From: Takakia lepidozioides
Lineage: Eukaryota > Plantae > Bryophyta
Length of the DNA stretch: 64,000 bases
Assembly: GCA_030704615.1 (NCBI GenBank)
Contig: CM060734.1
Span: 13,516,001 to 13,580,000 of the forward strand
Reading direction: 5' to 3'
Made by a program: the position numbers and the translations under genes. This document shows, one piece after another, positions 1 through 13,200 of this stretch. How positions within the stretch are numbered: the first letter of the stretch is position 1; the number at the start of each line of letters is the position of its first letter. Below the pieces are notes generated by a model. That model did no database searches and was not told the origin of the DNA. It saw only the letters and a list, made by a program, of their open reading frames with translations.

Positions 1-99
1 TTCATCGCGGGGCCTTCAACGCCAAGATGTTCGCTCGGACCGTTCAGTGCGCCACCGACTCAATCCACATGCATGGCGAACACGTGTCTATGTAGTCGT

Positions 100-290
100 T
101 ATGTAAAACGGCCGGAATTATTGAAACATCATCCTTCCAAAAATGTAATCGGGGTATCTCTACCCCTATGTTTAACGGCGGAGATCAATGAATCATCATC
201 CTTACAAAATTCGTTGGGGTCTAACCCTATGTATAACGGGCAGATATCATTCAAACATCATCCATCCAAAAAATCGTTAGGGTGTAATCG
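100..290. repeat. About 3 degenerate tandem copies of a ~62-bp unit (TATGT..AACGG...CATCATCC...AAAA) upstream of transposase A
   Basis: Recurring ctatgt(a/t)taacgg and aacatcatcc blocks. Confidence 0.6.
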
Positions 291-595
291 ACTCTCATCT
301 GAAAAAATTCATTGTTGGGTAATTTAGGGTGGAATGTTCCAGAGGAATGAAATTATATTCAGTTGTGCAGGTGCAGTCGCCGTCAAAATTTAATGGAAAT
401 GGGCATCTCTTCTGGCCTCCCTGACATGACAACGACATTGGCGGCTCTGTCAGTGAATCTGTCAGCTAATTGCACTGGTGGGGCAATTCTGAGAGAACAA
501 TTGTGTATGAGGACGCCAAAACTCCACTCTCACACAACCTGCATTCAGAAGCACCATCGGACTTTGAACTGTACTTTCTGTAGCAACATCGACAT

Positions 596-3341
596 ATGGC
601 TTCCCAGGCTGTGGGGCTCCCTTGACGCGGACTTCTTCAGTGACGACCACCCTGTTCCATTTTCTTACGAGGTGGAAGATGATGGTTTTGCGGTGGTTCA
701 TGAACTCGTCCTCGCAACGCAGTTTCGGTTGGAAAATGGTAGTCTATTCCTTCAGAGGGAAGTGTACGATGCCAATGGAAAACTGCTCAAGTACGCATTC
801 CAGAAACCATCGCAAACTGCACCAACCACGCAATGGAGAGTGCCTCCAGGCAGATACAGGGTGCTCAGTGCTCCTCTGAGACAGTCTGCAGGATCGTTCG
901 TAACTCCTGGCACGGCAGCATCAGTGGCCCAGGAGAAGACACCAGTGGTTGTGAAGAAGGAGGCGACTGCCGTTAACACTGTAGTTGACCTTTCGGACTC
1001 ATCCTCCGATGACACATGTGCAATCCGCCTGTGGATCAGCCATGTCCACATGTAGAACCAGATGTGGAGGAGATCTCCAGTGTCATTCCTAAATTGAAAG
1101 CGATGGGTGGGATGGCAGGATTCAAGAGTGAGTTGAGGGGGATAGACTGGAGCACTTTCAATATTGAAAGGGTGGCATTCTTGCCGGAATCGTTTGATGG
1201 TAATACTGTTTTTGAGCTGCCTCCTCCTGGTCGCGTGGGGGGGATTTCCAGTCTCCTGGAAGGAATGGACAAAAAGCACGATGGGCACCCTTGGTGCCGC
1301 ACAAAACATCCAATATTCACAACAACGACAACCTCATATTCAGGCGAACAGTCTGTAATGGGCACCTGAAATGCGAGAACATGAAATGCAGACACTTCGC
1401 ATTGTCAGGTGTGCAAAACCAAAGCGAATGGGATGGAGTCAGTGAGAATCCATTCAAGCCTGGGGTAACACCACCATACAGTAACACTTTTGTGTGCAAG
1501 TTCTGTAGGGTACCACCTTGCTGCCTTGCTTTGTGTGGCGCCAGAATGTTATGTGGTGCATCGATTCAAAAACCTGACTAGAGCCTGTGTCCATTTCGGT
1601 TTTCACAACCACCCTGTGTCCAAGGGGGATTATAGGGAGAGCGTTGACGCAGTCTCTCGTCTGATAAGGCAAGAGTTGGATACCAATCCAACTGGCACCA
1701 CATCTGCAATTGCCATGGGGCGCGAGCAAGTCCTTTCTGGAAAGCCGTATTCTGTGTGCATCAAATTCGGTTGGAGGAATGCTGGAAGGACCAGCTTTGG
1801 ACACTGTTATGGACCATTTCTCTGCTTTGACTTCTCCAAACATTAGGAATCAGGTGAACGCTTTAAGAATGGGCTCTGGGAGCCGAGGTTATATGGACAA
1901 TATTATGGATTGAAGAAAAGGAGCATGTACGACTACATCCAAGACAGCGTTTTCCCGGGACAAGGAGCCAGGAAAGTGTTCTTGTTCAAATGTCCACAAA
2001 AGGTGAGGGCAGCGGGGTCAGCCTGGTTAAACGTATGCAGAAGGGTGGCGATCTTGGCAACTGCTTCCTTATGTTCGATCATGTCAAGAGAGTTAAAGAC
2101 TGGACCACAATGGCATGTCATGTTTACGACCCTGTGTACCAGCGGGTCATGACAATTGCAGTGTGTGACATGCAGTCAGAGGACACAGATTCACAGCAGC
2201 TCATGTGGGAAGCTCTCATTCGTGTTATGGCCTCCAATGGTCTCCCATCTCCCAATTCGTTGGTTTCATGGCCGATAGTGCTCAAGCTAACTTCAACGCT
2301 GTCCGCATTGTGTTCGGGTCGGGAGATCCAAAAGTGCCAATGCCTGGAAGAGAACGTACGTGTTTTCCATTGGACACAATCCCTCGACAAACACACAAAG
2401 ACGTACATCAAGCCAGATATGCAGAGTATGCATCGTCAACTGTGCAAACAGTACAAAGACGCCAAAACTATGGGGGAAGCGAATACATTGTTCCAACAAT
2501 TCGTGCCTGGTGGTACTCATCTGGAGCGGCATCGGAGGACAGCATGAGGGCACTGCAAGACTGGTTCGCATTTTGGCACTTCCGTTACCGACAGTGGGGA
2601 GCGGCCATGACAACGGTGAGTGGTTTGCATTCAAAAGTTTGTTTGGGTGCTTCCAATATATCTTTCAGGGTCCAACTCTAATATGGGCTTTGTGTTTTTT
2701 TGCCTTGCAGCATATGTCCATTGAGGAGATGGCGGACATGCCTTCTTGCAATCTTGCGGAGACAGTGCACAATGCCTGGTTGCAGCAATCCTGCAAAAAA
2801 GGGAGAGATTTGTATGCAGCGACGGCCGATGACCTTATTCGTGCTCTACAGCAGCAAACCAGATACAGGTCATTCTTGAGGGGTGGCCTTGGTGGCAAAG
2901 GTCCGGACAGGAGCGAGTTGATGTTGCGGGCAGCTGGAAGATCAGGGGATCCTAGCAAAATAGCGCGGGCAGTGAGCATATGTGCAGATGGCACCCCTCT
3001 CGTGGGAAGAGTTCCCCATCTGGAAGGCGAAGAGAGATTCGGGTCTTGCAAACGGAAATTGGACACCCCTCCGGGATCGGATGCAGATTCCATAGGGCGG
3101 ACAGGGTCAACTTCTCGACGCCACGTGTTCCCTTGGATCAGAGATGGAATTGCGGAACATCCACAGGTGAGGGCTACTCTGCCCCAGACCGGACCCTGCA
3201 TCAAGCACTGTCACTGCAATGGTTGAAGACCAGAACGTGGTGTCGCATATAATCGAGTCTGAGGGCTTGGACGATGTTTGGCATATAGAACGCACAAGTG
3301 CTGGATCGCGTGTGAAATGCGCGGCGATCAGGGCCACCAAT
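596..3341 (+). pseudogene. MULE transposase A, 5' part (GCM/WRKY-like Zn domain plus DDE core), frameshifted
   Basis: GHPWC..SN..RRTVCNGHLKC..CKFC..C..HFGFHNHP; MFDHVKR; FMADSAQANFNAV; FHWTQS; CNLAETVH. GT-AG intron ~2616-2710. Collinear with transposase C. Confidence 0.85.
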
Positions 3342-3436
3342 GAGGTTTACTATTTCATGAGCAGAAACCATGAGCCATGAGCCATGAGCCGCATGAGCGG
3401 TGAGCCGAAGTCTAAGATACGCGGATTTCATGAGCG
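3342..3436. repeat. Left TIR and CATGAGC subterminal repeats of element B
   Basis: ttcatgagc..ccatgagccatgagccatgagccgcatgagc. Confidence 0.85.
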
Positions 3437-4033
3437 GACTCCTCCAAATTTGGAAATGCGGCAGATTAAACAAGTATTAAAATAATAGTTTTTTATTTGA
3501 CCTTGCCGTTTTTGGACGTTCCAGATGTAATGCGGCGAAGATATGTCGTCAGTAACAAGTCCGCTCATGGTTTTTAGATCCGCTCATGGAAATAAGTGAC
3601 CGTGCAACGGGAAATCCAGTATACCACTGCAAAAGGACGTCGCATACTGGCCTGTATAGAGTATTCCGCGGTTTTACATGCCTTAACATTGGAATGAAGC
3701 TGACCCTTTTGCCGCGATTGAACCAATGGAGTCTGCACCAATACAGTCTGCAGTACTTCACAATTCTGTCTTCTTCGGGTATTCGGCGGGAAAGGTTTGC
3801 AACTGAACTGGGAAATAGGGTGCCGCATTAGGGTTCGCACGTGCGAAATTTCGGAGCGGTTTGGTGTTGGCGAAGGCCGCCTCTGGGGGTACCTACGATA
3901 CTTGGAAATCGGCGCCGCATTTCCTTGTCGGAGGTCGAATGAGGAAGCAAGTTTTCGGAAAGCAGAAAAACATGAACCCTCCAACATACAAAAATACATG
4001 CACGTGGAAAAAAGTGAACGATATAGTAATATC

Positions 4034-7000
4034 TTAGTTCGAGCAAAACAGGTTACTGGTAGGCAAGACATATGTCGGACCTTTCTGTGGCCAGAGTCTG
4101 GTTCTACTATAGGATGGGCGTACCATTGTATGTGGACCGCAAGCCAAGCTCACTGGTCCCCTGGATCCATATTCAGAAGAGTGTGAAACCTCCTGGGGGC
4201 TCAACCCTGGTGCATGTATGAAGTGATGAGTTGTGGAATTACAACGGAGTCTCTTTAGGTACACGTAGTACAAATGCTTGCAAGGGCAGTATGATGCCCC
4301 CTTGTTCGCCATGATCTGGAAGTCGGTGCAATTGCAGGTGGGTAATTCTGAAATGGTGATGGTGTACACCTCATTGCGAACAGCTGAGCCCGCCGTGGCC
4401 ATCTGATACACACGCCCGAATCCTGGTGGGGGCACTTCTGTCGAGCTCTGGATTGTACAGTTCATCCGAAGTGCATTCCCCATCCTTGTCTCGTTCACTT
4501 TTGAGGGAGGTCGCCGCCTCTTCGGTTTCCCCCAACGGTGTAGGATGCTTAGAGCTGTCGTGTCCCATTGTTCTTGCTCTCACAGGGGTCGGTGGTGGTG
4601 GAGGCTGTGGAAGCGGAAATGGTTGTCTGGGGACGTCAGTGCGCTGCACCATCCGAAATCCTGCGGCGGTAAGGGCGTCGGCCTCAACCTGACTCAGATC
4701 GCAGCCTGGTTCCACCGGCCACACCGGGGGAGCCTCTGGCATTGTTTGTATGCCGTACTTGGGCTTTCCATACACGCAAGTCATAATGTCGTGCCTGCAG
4801 AACCAGAACTGGGTGGTTGTCGCCTCCGCAAACTTTGCATGGACAAATCTTCCTGTAAAAGTAGGAGCAGGGACAGCCCCATCTGGATTCCTCCTTATCA
4901 TCTCTAAACAACGTTGCCGTGTATCCACACGAATTGCGGAACACCTTCCTCGAAACGACGGCTTTGTGCGAGCAATTCTCCACTGTGATGCAGACACAGT
5001 CGTCTCCACAATGGCTTGGCCATACTGCATAACAGCGGGCGGAATGTGGGGCAAGGGAGCGGTGGGAATTTGTTGCACGAAATCCCCGGTTGAAGGCGAC
5101 GGCGATCTGGAATTTCTTGGGCTTCCACTGCTGGAAGACACATTGTGCGGCAACATGACGGGACCTCGAGGTGCTGTCCGAATGTTCCTGTCGGATCTCC
5201 AGGAATCCTCTTCGCACCCGGGTTCCTCTTCAATCCTCCCCCTGACAGGGCGAGTCCGGACGTCCCCCTCTAGGTGTTCACCTCTGCGGTGCAGAGGCGT
5301 CCCTTTGATCTTCTCTCGCAATGCTGTCGCCCATTTCACTGGATTCTTGGACCTCGAAGCTGTTCGTACCAACAATTCCTCCTGTCCGGCCCAAAGCCCC
5401 ATTGTTTGCCGCTCAGGAACTTGTAGTACGTGGCTTGCTGCATGATTGCTCTGTCGATGTCCTCCGTTGTGGCCGTCACTACGTCCACCAGATGTGCGGC
5501 AGAAGACGCTCGCCAGGAGGAGTGGACCGATTCTGCCATATTCGTGTTCGGCATGTCCGTGTCGGAATCCAAGCACCGCTCCTAGAAGGACACAAACAAT
5601 GGTGAGGGACCAATCGAAATGTCCGTAACAGAAAGACAAATGAACGAAATGACAGCAGCCTACCTCCCGCATGTACTGTCCGAACTGTCGATACCGAAAA
5701 TGCCACACCCCAACCAGCTGTGCAATGCTCCCAGATTGGTTGTCTCCACTGCACCTGACGTGTTCCACCAAGCCTCGATGATAGCAAACTTAACCTCCGC
5801 GTCATCAAATGTGGGTGCATCCTTCCACGCCGTACAAAGGACACGGTGTTCAGCCTGGAATGAGCTAGCAACAAATTTGGTAGTGTAGTGGGATAGACTC
5901 TGCATCCAATGGAATCCACAGGATCTCTCTTTCCCCTCCATTGGAACATTGGGGTCCTCACCGTACACACGCCGCACCGCTGCCCAGTTGGCCTGAGCGT
6001 TGTCTGCCATGAATCCCCTGAAATTGGGGCTCTGGCAATCCCGCCCTTGCCATCTGCTCGTTTATGCCCTCCCACAGATGCATCTCGGACTGTGTGTCCT
6101 CCCCTTTCATCTCGCAGATTGCAATCGTCATGAGCCTCTTGGAGTGATAGTCATAAACATGCGCACCCATAGTCACCCACTGATGGTTTGTAATTCGCTT
6201 GATGTGATCAAACATCACCCAAGCATTCGACAAGTTTCCAGTTGTCATGCGAGTGACCAAGTCGACTCCACTCCCAGGCCCACACGTCGACATTTTGAAA
6301 ATGTAACAACGATCGGATTCGCTGCCTTGCCCTGGAAACCTGCTACCTTGGATGTAGTCATATCCAGTCATTCGTTTCACCTCCAGGATTGAGTACATGT
6401 CCGACCCCCTGCCGAACTCCTGCTTGCAAGATACGATGTGATTCCGCACATTCGGACTACAAACGTGCGAGACGGACTCCAAGAGGTCACGCATCTCGTC
6501 TTCGGTCAAGGGCTCTCGGTCGGAACCATCTTCAGACATGATTTTGCCAAGAGCAATCTTGTGGGCTGCCTTCAGCTGAATCTGCTTTGGTCTGGCTCCG
6601 GGGCTCAATTTCACCTCCTCTTTTATGATGTCGTGTGCTTCCTGCACAGCCTCACGCATGTTGCCTCTCGCCAAGGGGTGGCAGTGGACCCCAACGTGTA
6701 TGCAAGCTCTAGTCAAGTCCGGAGCAAATGGGATACGTAATATTGCTTGGCTCTGCACATGGACATGCACGTCGGTGGTTCTTTGCAATGTGCACACTTG
6801 AAAGAACCCGCAGGAGCTTGGCTGGAGACAATGAATGGATGATGCGTTGTGCCAGTCCAATCCGTCTCGTTTCTCCGCCCTCCTTTGGAGAGAAAGTGGA
6901 AGCAGGTGGGATTGAGGCACCTCAGCTTCCCCGCACAGAGGACATATCGTACACGAACACCATCAGCAATTTTCGTGCTACTGGTCTTCGTCACACACCA

Positions 7001-7760
7001 GGGGGTGTCCGTCATGCTTTCGATCCATGTCTGTTAACATCCCGGAGGCTTTCTTTGACGAAGAAGAAAACAGGTGGAAACTCGAAGATGACATTGCCAT
7101 CGACTTCGGGAGGCAGAAAGTTACCTTTCTGACTGGGAATTTGGCATAGTCGAGAGCAGCCAGCTCGGAGCGAGAACCATCGAGGTGATGTTGTCGTAGG
7201 AGCTGCACAATGGACCGGGTTGGAGTTATGCTCGAGGGCACATGCGTAGCACCTACAGAGACGTCCATGCCGGATTTGAACGACCGTGTGGAGGACATGG
7301 GTACCTCAATGCAATCATCTTCCTCGTCGGAAATGTCGAATACGTCCACACGAGAAGCTATGGAGGGTCTTGACGGTCCAGGTCGGGAATGATTATCGTT
7401 GCATACCTCTCTGTTGGCAGTGGCCGCCTCTCGGTTTCCGGACTCCTTTGTGGATGGTGTGGGCAGCGACTGATTCGGAAAGGGAATGGGCATTCCCACA
7501 GCTCGGTACAGGATGGTGTCTGACGGGGGAACGTGCCATTCGATTCCGCAACCTCCGTCGTTACCTAGCACGACAATGGTCTCGTCAACCTGTCCAGGAA
7601 CATCCTTCCTTTCTTCTTCCAAATAAACTGTGCCCGGTTTGAGCTTGAATTTGGAACAAAGGTAAGTTTCAGTCACTCTGCAAAGTCCTCCCTCGTTTGG
7701 GATCCAGGCTCTCCCAAGTTGCGGAGGACAGCAAACTATAGCGTAGGAATTCGGAGCCAT
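4034..7760 (-). pseudogene. MULE transposase B (GCM-like, DDE, C-terminal SWIM finger), frameshifted
   Basis: RVRYVLCAGKLRC..CAHC..HVGVHCHP; MFDHIKR; MADNAQANWAAV; CGFHWMQS; NMAESVH; SWIM YTITISELPTCNCTDF..CPCKHLYYV. Intron at the same position as in A and C. Confidence 0.85.
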
Positions 7761-8169
7761 CGAAACACCGCACGGAGTTGGCAAGTGCGAGGTTCAGTAT
7801 AGCGACAGACCAAGGCTCACAGGCACATCATCTGCGGAGTCCATCGACGATTGGAAGTCGCACATTGAAGTGGAAAGTATTGTTTCAAGCTACATGCATG
7901 AAGGTGGGAGGTTTGATTCCATAGCCAGTGAGTATGACAATGATGGCCGATTCGGCGACGAAATAACATCTCCTGACAGTTTCTCCTGAGGGTGGATCCA
8001 GCAGTATTCTCGGTGCAGACAGGAACGTTCGCACTGACAAGTGCCAGGACTGCTGGTTAAAACGGTCAGACAACCAAGTTGTGCTCATCAAGACTGGCCG
8101 CAATTGTGTTTCGGAACAATGCAACCCATTGAGGTTCGATTTCCCGTCCCGAGTGATTCTTTCGATTGC

Positions 8170-9820
8170 TGGTGGACGGAAATACGGCGCCGCATTTCCG
8201 TATTATCTTGGTCATGCACCAGAGCGACGGAAATGCGGCACCGAGTTTCCGTCCGGGGGAAACCTTTATACTCTCCAGAACGGAAATGCGGTAACGCATT
8301 TCCATCCAGCAAGCACGGTATGTGAAGGTGGAACGGAAATGCGGTACCGCATTTCCGTTCTGATTGAGATTATGAACAACGGGAACAGAAATGCGGCACC
8401 GCATTTCCGTCCGAGTCGCACTTTTCGACATTCCAGAACGGGCGCCGCATTTCCATTTTGTATCTGATGCATGGAGCTGAGGGATAGAAATGCTGCAGCA
8501 CATTTCCGTCCTTAAAAGACATTCATACTCTCCAGAACGGAAATGCGGTACCGAGCACGGTATGTGAAGGTGGAACGGAAATGCGGTACCGCATTTCCGT
8601 TCTGATTGAGATTATGAACAACGGGAACAGAAATGCGGCACCGCATTTCCGTCCGAGTCGCACTTTCGACATTCCAGAACGGAAATGCGGCGCCGCATTT
8701 CCATTTTGTATCTGATGCATGGAGCCGAGTGCGATTCCGACAGCTTCATACAGCGCAATTCCGACCGCTTGAGACATTCATACTATCCAGAACGGAAATG
8801 CGGCAACGCATTTCCGTTCTGACTGAAAATCGTGAACCATCTGAACTGAAATGCGGTTCCATCCGAGTCGCACCTACCAACATTCCAGAACGGAAATGCC
8901 GCATTTCCGTTCTGACTGAAAATCGTGAACCATCGGAACTGAAATGCGGCATTTCCATCCGAGTCGCACCTCCCAACATTCCAGAACTAAAGGGAAATGC
9001 GGCACCGCATTTCCGTTCTGATGAAATATCCTGAAACATCGGAACTGAAATGCGGTACCGCATTCCGTCGGAGTCGCACCTTCCGACATTCCAAAACGGA
9101 AATGCGGCGCCGCATTTCCGTTTTGTATGTGAGGCATGGAGCTGTGGAACGAAAATGCGGCACAGCGTCAGACGTTAATACTCTACAGAACGGAAATGCG
9201 GTACCGCATTTCCATTCTGACTGAAAATCGTGCGCAACGGGAACAGAAATGCGGCACCGCATTTCCGTTCGAGTCGCACCTTCCGACATTCTCGAACGGA
9301 AATGCGGCGCCGCATTTCCGTTTTGTATATTGGGCCTGGAGCTGTGCTACGGAAATGTGTGCCGCATTTCCATCCATGTGAGACCTTCAAACTTTCCAGA
9401 CCGGAAATGCGGCACCGCATTTCTGTCCAGGTGAGACCTCTATACTTCCCGAACGGAAATGTGGCACGGCATTTCCATTCGGGAACGGAAATGCGGTACC
9501 GCATTTCCGTTCACATTGAAAATCATGCACGGGAACTGAAATGTTGTGCCTCATTCCCGTCCAATCGCACCTTTCGACATTCCAGAACGGAAATGCGGCG
9601 CCGCATTTCCCTTTTGAATCTCATACTTGGAGCTGTGGGACGGAAATGCGGCACCGTATTTCCGTTCAACAACTAAGGTATGTGAAGGTGGAACGGAAAT
9701 GCGGTGCCGCATTTTCTTCCAACAAGTACGGATGTGTAGCTTCGTGATGGTACTTAACGGAAATGCGGCGCCGCATTCGCATTTTCGCTCCAACTCATCA
9801 GACGCTGGGACGGAAATGCC
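8170..9820. repeat. Array of roughly 25-30 copies of palindrome CGGAAATGCGG-YR-CCGCATTTCCG between the two divergent genes of B
   Basis: Perfect 24-bp copy e.g. 9097-9120. Copies spaced about 50-60 bp inside higher-order ~240-300-bp repeats. Confidence 0.9.
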
Positions 9821-10230
9821 TTGAAATGTGAACACGTGGAGCAACGGAATTGCTGCACATGTCGGCACTCTATCTGACTGAAGGGGCATGAGGCGGCGCG
9901 GCTGACCGTTGGATAATGATGTTTTTTTTCGGACGGCAGGCGTACCCTCAACGATTCGAATTTCGTAATGACGCAAACTCCACGAGGAGACACTTTCGTC
10001 CAACCTTTCGAACCCAAGTGGTGCATCACCGCCGTTTCATCTACTTTTGTCGTGTCTCCTCAGTCACCCCTCTCGCGCCCTTTCCATCTGCACTCTTTGC
10101 CCCTTTTCCCTCTCTCTGTTCTTTATGCTCGAACCTGAGAGGGGGGGAGTTCGTGCACCAGACAGGAGACCTCGTCGCAAGCTCCGGAAATTATACTTCG
10201 GACGTAGGCCAATGCCGAAGGGGGAAGCAG

Positions 10231-13200
10231 ATGCGTCTACAGGAGGAGATTGCCATCTCCGAGCAGCAGGCCACTCAGGCAACCCAGCCACCAGTGAGAG
10301 CTCCATGCGATCGGGCTGCGCGCAGCTGATCGAGCACCGAACCCCCCATTTTGCTTCTGTAATTCTTAGACTGAATGCTAGGAGACTTGAATGCAGAACA
10401 TGTTGCATGCCTAACAGGAAAGGTGGACGTGCTGGAGGGATCGCAGGAATCCGAAGAGCCGCAGGAAGAGTCCGAGGAGCTAGCTGCAGCACGTACACCC
10501 ACCCGATCCCCGAGCGCGGGTTTCCTGCCGGGCCTAGCCTCTGCGATTCAAAGACGCGTCTTCGAAGGGCAAGTTCAAAGTCCCAGAGATCGACTCGCGT
10601 TCTTCGGTCATGGAGAATCGCCAGCAGGGGTCGGGCCCTTCTCCAGCAAAGTCGAAGAAGAAGCAGCCCGTCCCTCTACTGGCTTCTGAACCGGCTCAGG
10701 CCGATTCACCCCCCCCAACGCGAATGAAGCAGCAGGGTAGAAGACAGATTCAATTGCAGCAGACACCTTCACCTGCAAGGATGAGGAAGCAGAAGGCAAT
10801 CAGGGCGACGGGCGAACAATCTCCCGCAAAACCGCTTCCACGAGCTGAAGCTCAGTTCCTGGAGGATTTCCCGCCTGCAGATGTTGGGGCCGACTCTGCT
10901 GCAGCGAAGGCAATGGGATCGACCGTTGATCTCGATTTGGTACCGGAGGAGGGTGCTGCCGCTCAACGTTCGCAGCAAGACCTCACCACCGATGAGCAAG
11001 CAGGCCCGGAGGAGGCCTGCAATGGCAGAATTGCCCGCAGACAGGCCCCAGAGTGCAGCTCCAGTTGAGGATGCTCCAGCTGCTCAGCCACTACCGGCAC
11101 AGACATGTCTCCGGAGGATTTCAAAAGTGCAGCGGATAAAATGTTGGAGGAGACACACAGTAGCATTGGCAGAGTTCTGGGCAGCAGGGTATTCCAGCGG
11201 ACTCTTCGAATCCCACTCTGTCGCATGGTCTCCTTCCCATCGTCAGGCAGGCCCTTCCCGGAGATGTGGATAAGCTCAAGTTCGCATTTCGAGAAGGGTA
11301 CCGTCTGGGATCGGCAGCGTTTTACGTTTCCATTGAGAATGAGGACGGCGAAACTCGTGGACCCACTGCCGATGATTGTCAACGTGGGATACCCACTGGC
11401 ACACTCGCAACCACGAATTCGAGGCGACGCTGAAGGGTGATCCCGACTTCGGCCATGTCGGGTAAAATGTTCTTTGTGTGGGACGGGAATCACCGACTTC
11501 TCGCCTGGTGGGAGTACATCAAGCAGAACCATGCCAAGCACATTGGCTGGCATTACATGGTGGAGTGTGTCATCCTCAAGGTGAAGGCGGCAGACTCCTC
11601 CCTGCTCAAGAATGCCATGGCGGACCTCAACTCGTAAGATACTCATACCCTCCCTAGCACGTTCGAAATGCGGTGCCGCATTTCGGTTTCCATTCTGGTT
11701 TGTTTCCGTGCTTCCGTGTACTGAACTGGAGAGTGTGCCTTGCAGGGTCACTGAGAATGCGTACGTGCATACCCACATGGCACATATGCTGTACAGGGTG
11801 AGGAAAACTGGTCTCACTGATCCGCAGATGTTTGCGGAAATGCTGGAGCCCGAGCTCATTCAGAAAGCCGTTGCAAAAACAGACCGGACATGGTATCGTC
11901 TCACTATGGATGGAATGGTGGAGGTGATATACGAAGTAAGTCGTCCTCCAATTTCCCTCTGCTCATCCTTCCCCAATTTTCAGTAATGTTTCCACATGAA
12001 TCGAATGTAACGCTTCTGCATGTTTTTGTTGGCAGTCAAACATCAAGCTGGATTTGGCCCATGCCAAACGCTTCTTCATGGAAAGTGAGGGGCAGGTCAA
12101 AAACGTTGCAGTCATTGACTGAGCACTTGAAGGAAGCCGGTGTCAAGTCCAGAACCAAATACAAGTCAAAGCTTGTGAAGCTGGTGGCAATTGCAGATCC
12201 GGCACTTGGAAAGGACTTCATCCCCGAGATTGCAAAACACTATTCTCGGGCCATGCAGCCGACCATGCAATTGGAGAAACTGCATCACCTCTCAACGGCA
12301 TGTGTGGAGGCGAAAAGAGAAGTGAGGTTTCAATGCACTGAAGTTCCTTCCTAGCAATAGCCACTCTCTTCCAGCTCCTGACATTGGATCGGAAATGGCA
12401 GACACGGTGGCTGTCGATCTGGAATGCATCCGAGAGCATAAGGACAATGTGGTCTTTTCCACTGGAAGTTTCCGACCCTGCAGTGGATGTGTGGCTCAAC
12501 CGTATGACTTGGTGGTTCCAGGTAATTCAAGGTACTTCCCCAGATTTGCTTTTCTGACATGAATTCCCTGAACTGCTACGTGACAATGCATTTGGGAATC
12601 GCAGGTAATGTCGAATGCGAAGGAGCAAGTCGTAATGCACACAAATTCGTTCGGCTTGTACGTCAAATGGGATGGAACACAGACATTGGAAGACTACGTG
12701 ACACGTTTCAGATGTGCGTACAAGGACAACCTTTTCGCCAGAGAGCTACAGACAGCAAGAAGGAGCGTGGAGTTTACACATCAGGAGGGAGCGGGGAAAG
12801 CTGCAATGCGAATTGTTTACAGGTGAAGCACAGCTGCCCTTGTATGCGAAGCCTGGTTACGAGGTTTGTCTCGGAAATGCGGCACCGCATTCGCATTTTA
12901 TGTTTTCGGTGGCACTCTGCCAGTAGGTTGGTCAACTTTTGCTCACGCATGCTGACTGCCTTGCAGGTATATGAAATACGTGCTCCTTCAGACAGGGGCC
13001 CTGGCTCAAGAGCCCCCGTTCTTCATGGCTTGGACCGTGGCGGGCCCAAGCTGTGTCTACACACCCGAGATGCAGAAACAATGGCATCCGCGCATCTCGT
13101 TGGATGCCCGTGGTACCTGGACATGTCTGGCGGTATTGTTGACGAGTCTGAGAAAGATCTGCACGCCTTGGCAGAAGAGAAGAGAAAGGAAAGACGTGTC

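Noticed and set aside
8170-9820. CRISPR array (palindromic repeats with ~30-bp spacers)
   Set aside because: Spacers are themselves repeated and variable in length, no cas genes are present, the context is a eukaryotic transposon, and the motif also occurs singly in introns.
8041-10029. Many short ORFs with EMRHRISV / NGNAAPHF repeats
   Set aside because: These are translations of the palindrome array on both strands.
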